A DNA stretch of 64,000 bases from Candidatus Woesearchaeota archaeon (GTDB lineage: Archaea > Nanobdellota > Nanobdellia > Woesearchaeales > ARS49), in contig JACQMV010000035.1 of NCBI GenBank assembly GCA_016203395.1, positions 415-64,414 of the forward strand. The letters are read 5' to 3'. Positions 58,951-64,000 of this stretch are shown piece by piece; within the stretch, counting starts at the first letter, position 1, and the number at the start of each line of letters is the position of its first letter. Made by a program: the position numbers and the translations under genes. Below the pieces are notes generated by a model. The model saw only the letters and a list, made by a program, of their open reading frames with translations. It was not told the DNA's origin and did no database searches.

Positions 58951-60011
58951 CAGCCCCTAATCTTGTTATAAGTTAAAATACTTGCAGCCAAACCATCCAT
59001 ATGAAGAAGAATCTTATGCATGCGTTGAATCATGCTGTCATTTACTGACTTATCATAATCTCTATGAACGCAAATATCGCTCGTTTCGGCAGGAACATAC
59101 CTGCTATTTGCCCACACTACAAAAGTAGCATTATTACTATATTGCAAACGCTCTCTTATGTCAACATTTTTGTTATCTTTCTTAAGCCAAACTGCTACGC
59201 CTGCCTCTCTGTCTTTAAACGTTCTTTTGTTTATCATGTCAGTAAACGAAGGCATTTGACGCACAAGAAACTTTTCTGAACGAAGATAGAAAAAATCATT
59301 ATACAAAATATAGCCGTCTTTTTCATAAACATTACCTTCAGCCAGTCCTTCATACTGTTTCATTAGCATGCTTAATTTTGCAGCAGGAGAGTCATCAAGA
59401 AATTCCTTTGCTTCCTGCGCGAGCTTTAATTCAAACAAAACCTGATGAGATATTTCACAATGCTCAATACGCTGCTTTGCAGGACGCTGAAGATATCTTT
59501 TGCCTTTATACATGACTACACACCAGCCGGGCTCTTCATTACTACTCAATTCCAAAGGATAAATCCTGTGATTAAGCAGCATCAAATTCTGTCCATCAAA
59601 AACCTTATCAAGCACGCCTGTAAAGGAGTCAGGACTTGCTTCAACACATACCTTATTCTCAGGTCTGCTTTCTTTCTTTGTATAAAATTCATTCGCACCC
59701 TCAAGAAAAGCAATACTGGTCTCAAGATCTTCTATTGATTTCTTAATTTCATCATTATTAAGATTTACGTGAGGATTTTGCTGACTTGCAAGAACTTTTA
59801 TTCTTGCATCAATTGCCTCTTTGTTCCTTTTTCTGTAACGTTTTTCGCAAGCAGGCAAAGGTTCGCCAGAATCAAGTGGAAATTTATAACCCTCAAACCC
59901 AACATAGTTTTTTGGCTTTCTTGCTGCGAGATCTATAGAAAAAAGCATGCCGTCTATTATTACAAGAGCAGAGGTTGTTGCTCTTTCAAAAACCTCACTA
60001 AACGGCAGCAT
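58950..60011 (-). CDS. Hypothetical protein between the candidate Ubl and JAB (E2-like role unproven)
   Basis: 353 aa; two similar beta-hairpin plus helix units; C-terminal SDICVH. Confidence 0.7.
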   Translation of the reverse strand: MLPFSEVFERATTSALVIIDGMLFSIDLAARKPKNYVGFEGYKFPLDSGEPLPACEKRYRKRNKEAIDARIKVLASQQNPHVNLNNDEIKKSIEDLETSIAFLEGANEFYTKKESRPENKVCVEASPDSFTGVLDKVFDGQNLMLLNHRIYPLELSSNEEPGWCVVMYKGKRYLQRPAKQRIEHCEISHQVLFELKLAQEAKEFLDDSPAAKLSMLMKQYEGLAEGNVYEKDGYILYNDFFYLRSEKFLVRQMPSFTDMINKRTFKDREAGVAVWLKKDNKNVDIRERLQYSNNATFVVWANSRYVPAETSDICVHRDYDKSVNDSMIQRMHKILLHMDGLAASILTYNKIRG

Positions 60012-60378
60012 TTTGATACCCTACATCCTTTGGCTGAATAACTCTAACCTGGATTGAAGGAACTTCTGCGCGCGTATACAAAGCCGGAAGCCCAATAGTG
60101 TCAAGCGCTTGCGCAACTGCTGCTTTAGGGTCTGTTCTAACACTCATCATGTTAGAACCCGGTGTGGAAGATGTTACATACACTCTTGTTTTTGGATCAT
60201 TCAAGCTGGCTGCCATTTGAGTACGCAAGCCATCATTCTTACCTGCTTTATCAGCCAACACTTTTTGTATAATCTCCTGCCAATTTCCTGCGCTTGTAAT
60301 CTCCCTCTCTTCAAATGTTTTTTCAATCCTGTCAGCACTAACGTCTCCTTTCACTATAACACCTAATTGTCTTCCCAT
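59998..60378 (-). CDS. Small protein, candidate ubiquitin-like (beta-grasp) modifier
   Basis: GGAGG SD before ATG 60378; strand-strand-helix start, terminal strand SIQVRVIQ then PKDVG-YQNAAV; first gene of the JAB/E1 operon. Confidence 0.5.
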   Translation of the reverse strand: MGRQLGVIVKGDVSADRIEKTFEEREITSAGNWQEIIQKVLADKAGKNDGLRTQMAASLNDPKTRVYVTSSTPGSNMMSVRTDPKAAVAQALDTIGLPALYTRAEVPSIQVRVIQPKDVGYQNAAV

Positions 60379-60390
60379 CTTTGTTCCTCC

Positions 60391-60458
60391 ATTGCAGAAC
60401 TCTGACTGCAATAATCTTACCTGACTAACTCACAGCCGAACTAGAATTGTTCGGCTGT
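60391..60458 (-). promoter_or_regulatory. Two hairpins/palindromes in the leader of the Ubl-JAB-E1 operon
   Basis: ACAGCCGAAC-N7-GTTCGGCTGT (60432-60458) and ATTGCAG-N8-CTGCAAT (60391-60412), the latter abutting the SD; TATA-like TGTATAAAAA near 60472-60481 on the minus strand. Confidence 0.55.
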
Positions 60459-60793
60459 AATCAAGCCAACATTTTTATACAAAAGTGTAATGATTGATAG
60501 CGGAACTTTTTGATAATGTGATTTTTGATGGGCATTTCGTGCTTTTTGAAAAAAATCACGTTGTTTTACAAAAAGACATGCGCGCTTTAGCATTTTATTA
60601 TCCCTTAACCATTCTGGCAACAACAAAGCCACGGATAGCACCATCTCGTCGGTAGTTATAGTTGTTTCTTTGTTCATGCAGACAGATAAAGATGCAAAAT
60701 ATAAGTAGCTTCTTAACACATAATCCCTATGAATATGTATATAGTTATTTTTACAATAGGTATTTATACTGCGCGTAAATGTATGTTTTTTTA

Positions 60794-61705
60794 ATGAGAC
60801 GAAAAGTAACCCTTCACGGACCTGCAACATTAAGCGTGAGCTTACCTTTACAATGGGCTAGAAAAAGAGGCGTAAAAAAAGGAGACGAGCTTGATGTTGT
60901 TGAACAAAAAGGAGGACTTGTAATCTCTGCAAATGAGCCGATAACGCCTGAAAAAAAGATGGAGATACATGTCAAAGACGTAGACAACTTTCTTAAACGA
61001 ATGTTCTTTGTGCCATACGCTCACGGATGCACTGAGATAAAAGTAACATTTGACGACAAAAAAGTGATTAACAAAGTAGAAAACGTTCTTGAAATGATGA
61101 TGGGATTTGAGATGACAGAACAGGGAAAAAACTATTGTATTGTAAAGCAAGTGGCAAATGCAAACGGAGAAGAATTTGAGCCAGTATTAAACCGTATTTT
61201 CATCTCAAACAAGGCAGTAATGACAGAACTTCTTGAACTCATAAACTCAGATGATTATGAAAAACTGAGAGCACTGTCATTATCAGAACTCACTAACAAC
61301 CGCCTGGTTTATTTCTGCCTGCGACTTCTCACTCTCCAGGGCTATAAAGACCCATATTACACCGGCTGCCTTTATTATGTAATACTAACACTTGAAGAAA
61401 TAGCTGATGACTTAAGAGACATCTGCACGTGGATTGCAGATAATAAACTAAAATTGCACAAAAGCGTAGCTGAATTACTCTACAGAGTAACTGTTTTTTA
61501 CGATGAAATCTACAAACTCCATAACTCATACAATCAAGAACGGCTCGTATCTCTAAGAAAACAAATAATTGATTTTTACACTGATGTAAAAGAACAAATA
61601 CGACACGGAGGCAAGGAAGCAATCGTGCTGGGCTACATAATGAAAATCGCAGATGATATCAGCAATATCTCAAAAGAACTAAAATACGAAACATCAATAA
61701 AATAA
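60794..61705 (+). CDS. AbrB/MazE-type + PhoU-like regulator
   Basis: MRRKVTLHGPATLSVSLPLQWARK-GVKKGDEL, LNRIF, FCLRLL, LEEIADD. Confidence 0.85.
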   Translation: MRRKVTLHGPATLSVSLPLQWARKRGVKKGDELDVVEQKGGLVISANEPITPEKKMEIHVKDVDNFLKRMFFVPYAHGCTEIKVTFDDKKVINKVENVLEMMMGFEMTEQGKNYCIVKQVANANGEEFEPVLNRIFISNKAVMTELLELINSDDYEKLRALSLSELTNNRLVYFCLRLLTLQGYKDPYYTGCLYYVILTLEEIADDLRDICTWIADNKLKLHKSVAELLYRVTVFYDEIYKLHNSYNQERLVSLRKQIIDFYTDVKEQIRHGGKEAIVLGYIMKIADDISNISKELKYETSIK

Positions 61706-61711
61706 GCATTC

Positions 61712-61918
61712 CACAGCCCATGTGCTCTGACTGCGGGCTTAACGCAATCAGGAGTATTAATTCTAATGAGCAATACAATTTGTTGCACTATGTTGCAAAC
61801 ACGATGCAAGCAAAAGGTAAGGGCTAAGTGTAAAGCCAAGACGAAATAATTTCAAATCAAGAGTAAAGCCACAAGAGCAGTAAGAAAATAACAACACCTT
61901 CTTTGATGCGTATTAGCA
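61712..61918 (+). repeat. Dispersed intergenic repeat, long copy
   Basis: TGTGCTCTGACTGCGGGCTTAACGCAATC...GAGCAATACAATTTGTTGCACTATGTTGCAAACAC...AAAGGTAAGGGCTAAG...AAGCCACAAGAGC...CTTCTTTGATGCGTATTAGCA. Confidence 0.85.
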
Positions 61919-61978
61919 AACACGGAATAAATATTTATCACACGATACCTATATATATCGCGCACTAATTATGTGTAT

Positions 61979-62923
61979 ATGAAACGCAAAGTCACACTTC
62001 ACGGCCCATCAACACTAAGCGTAAGCCTGCCTCTGGAATGGGCAAAAAAACACAACATAAAAAAAGGCGAAGAACTAGAAGTCATTGAAGAACGGGACGC
62101 AATACGAATTCTGGCTGAAAACAATGACGGCCAAAAGAAAGAATGCACTATAAAACTTCCTGAACTTGAAGCAAGACCAATACTGTTCCTTTTAAGAACA
62201 CTATACATTGCCGGCTATGACAAGATAATACTAGAATACGAACAAACAACAGCATGGCACTCAAGAAAAAACCTTGTTATGACTATGCCATCACTGATAG
62301 CGTATGAGATAAAACGTTTACGCGGCTTTGAAATAATGTCAATAACAAAAAACAGTTGTACAATAAAAAGCTTAATCAGAGAAAGCACAGAAGAATTTGA
62401 CGACAGCATGAAAAGAGTATTCCTCCTGCTCAAAGAAACAACAAATGATTTACCAACAATAATAATAAAAGGACAGCCGCAACTAAGACAATACGCACAA
62501 GACTTCCACGACCATATTACAGTATTACTGGCTTACAACCTGAGAACACTAAATAAAATTGGCTACAACAACAGACGCACAACCTTGTGCTTACATTCTT
62601 TTCTTTACAAGCTTGATGACATTATAGATCTTATAAAATACATGCTGGTAGAAATGGATGGAAAACTACCTCTCAAAAACAAAGAAATATTGCATATAAC
62701 AACCGAATTTGCCAGCTTGTTTGAAAAAATAAGCAAACTATACAACAAGTTTAGTCTGGAAAATGCACAGGACTTTTTTGCATACAAGTATAAATTACTT
62801 ACAAGAATAAATACCTTGTTTGGATCAACATCAAAAAACGAAAGAAGATACTTACACTATCTTGAGGACGTATTAGAGGAAATGCTAAAGTTGTGCATTG
62901 CCAGAATGGCTATGGAATACTAA
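61979..62923 (+). CDS. AbrB/MazE-type + PhoU-like regulator
   Basis: MKRKVTLHGPSTLSVSLPLEWAKK--IKKGEEL, YIAGYDKI, MKRVF, HDHI---L-Y-LR-LN. Confidence 0.85.
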   Translation: MKRKVTLHGPSTLSVSLPLEWAKKHNIKKGEELEVIEERDAIRILAENNDGQKKECTIKLPELEARPILFLLRTLYIAGYDKIILEYEQTTAWHSRKNLVMTMPSLIAYEIKRLRGFEIMSITKNSCTIKSLIRESTEEFDDSMKRVFLLLKETTNDLPTIIIKGQPQLRQYAQDFHDHITVLLAYNLRTLNKIGYNNRRTTLCLHSFLYKLDDIIDLIKYMLVEMDGKLPLKNKEILHITTEFASLFEKISKLYNKFSLENAQDFFAYKYKLLTRINTLFGSTSKNERRYLHYLEDVLEEMLKLCIARMAMEY

Positions 62924-62925
62924 CT

Positions 62926-63342
62926 TTACTGGCCTAAAATATTATCAAGACCATCATGTTGCCCGCGAAGCTGCCTAATGTCTTCTTGTGTAAGCGGATG
63001 ATTTTGTTCAGGAAGCCGGGCAGGTTCCTCTGGTTTTCTCGGAGTATTTGTAACCCGAGAAACATGCGCTCCAAAATTCTCATTTAAACGATAGGATGCT
63101 GCAACAATGTCGTCTCCAAGCAGATTCCAGGCATTCATAATCAAGACGTGAGTAACTGCACCTCTTACAGCGCCGCCAATAACACTATACTCCTTTGATT
63201 CCCTTCTTTGATTCCAATTATCTCCATGCGAATCAAAAGTAACCTTTGGAGGATCAATCAATGCAGCAAAATTTCTATATGCTGCCCCTAAACAAGCACT
63301 GCCTAAAGATCTCTTAACTGCATCACCAAAACCCATGAACAA
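62926..63342 (-). CDS. Hypothetical protein
   Basis: 138-aa ORF filling the gap, with a TATA-like AT tract upstream; start may be 63336. Confidence 0.55.
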   Translation of the reverse strand: MFMGFGDAVKRSLGSACLGAAYRNFAALIDPPKVTFDSHGDNWNQRRESKEYSVIGGAVRGAVTHVLIMNAWNLLGDDIVAASYRLNENFGAHVSRVTNTPRKPEEPARLPEQNHPLTQEDIRQLRGQHDGLDNILGQ

Positions 63343-63397
63343 CTAATGTTATGCCAGCATTAATATTTAATTATCATTAAATACATATCATAAGTAT

Positions 63398-64000
63398 TCA
63401 ATGACTCAAGATTTCAAGTTTTATCCCATTTCTAACAGTTAGTTTTGCCCTTCCTCCTACTGGAAATGTTATCATCGGACTTGTATGACCAAAATCAACA
63501 TCAGCGATAACAGGAATATGCTTAAGCGCAGGATTACTCTTAATAATTTTAGTCAGCTTTTCCTTTGTCATCTCACTGGCTTTCTGAAACCTGCCTATCA
63601 CGATGGCTTTAACCTGCCTGAACTCCGGATGCTGAGATAAGCCAGTTATACTCCTATCTATATGCTGCGACTTGTCTTCTTCATCATCCTCAATAAAAAG
63701 TATGGAATCCCTAAGAGACGGCATGTACGGAGTGCCTTGCAACAACCTCAACGTGCCCATGTTACCACCTATTATCGTGCCTTCTGCTTCACCCTCCTGA
63801 ATTACATACATCCCAGAATTTCTTACGAAAACACGATTTTCCTGATCTTTATACCATGAATCATCACTCCATTCAAGCCCTGGAATTATTTTTATCAGAG
63901 CATCTGAAAAAAGGCACTTCATAAAGTAAGTCATTGTGTAATCAAAGCCCTTCTGCATCCCAAACGTAGAGAACGCAGGAGAAGAATAAGTAACAAGACC
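63398..64000 (-). CDS. S66 peptidase / LD-carboxypeptidase (MccF-like), C-terminal part; start lies beyond the window
   Basis: Frame open to 64000 (GLVTYSSPAFSTFGM...); GGNMGTL, ILFIED, GRFQ, DVDFGHTSP. Confidence 0.88.
   Translation of the reverse strand, partial: GLVTYSSPAFSTFGMQKGFDYTMTYFMKCLFSDALIKIIPGLEWSDDSWYKDQENRVFVRNSGMYVIQEGEAEGTIIGGNMGTLRLLQGTPYMPSLRDSILFIEDDEEDKSQHIDRSITGLSQHPEFRQVKAIVIGRFQKASEMTKEKLTKIIKSNPALKHIPVIADVDFGHTSPMITFPVGGRAKLTVRNGIKLEILSH

Noticed and set aside
60441-60830. 129-aa minus-strand ORF (or a shorter version from ATG ~60678)
   Set aside because: Overlaps the regulator start and the putative promoter/palindrome of the Ubl operon, with no motifs; a small real gene cannot be fully excluded

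Overview
64 kb of an AT-rich archaeal chromosome, most likely DPANN (Woesearchaeota-like); the taxon is inferred, not searched. Evidence for archaeal origin: archaeal-type uS15, Trm1, XPD/Rad3, TATA boxes about 25-30 bp upstream of apparently leaderless genes, tandem Lrp and five AbrB-PhoU-type regulators. Housekeeping and fermentative genes (pfkB-fba-rpiB-rpe, split transketolase, D-lactate dehydrogenase-like, TrxB-like) alternate with four accessory operons. (1) A 12.4 kb operon of ClpX-like AAA+, TelA-like coiled coil, one intact and two degenerate membrane-type GHKL/HSP90-like ATPases, and unknowns. (2) A 13.5 kb NAD super-locus (pncB, pncA, Nudix, nadA, NAD kinase, nadE, NMNAT) coupled to a Ser/Thr kinase-vWA-pyruvate-kinase-like operon; two of its divergent promoters share a 29-bp motif. 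(3) A GT-A-like / PPi-PFK / glucuronokinase-like operon. (4) A putative ubiquitin-like conjugation operon (candidate Ubl, unknown, JAB, tandem-ThiF E1, coiled coil, membrane protein). Intergenic regions carry a dispersed, modular 150-330 bp repeat family (5 long copies plus fragments, both orientations) with conserved hairpins and TGCTAAAAAT-type inverted ends. I saw no rRNA, tRNA, CRISPR array, transposase or integrase. All calls come from reading motifs; no database searches were run.
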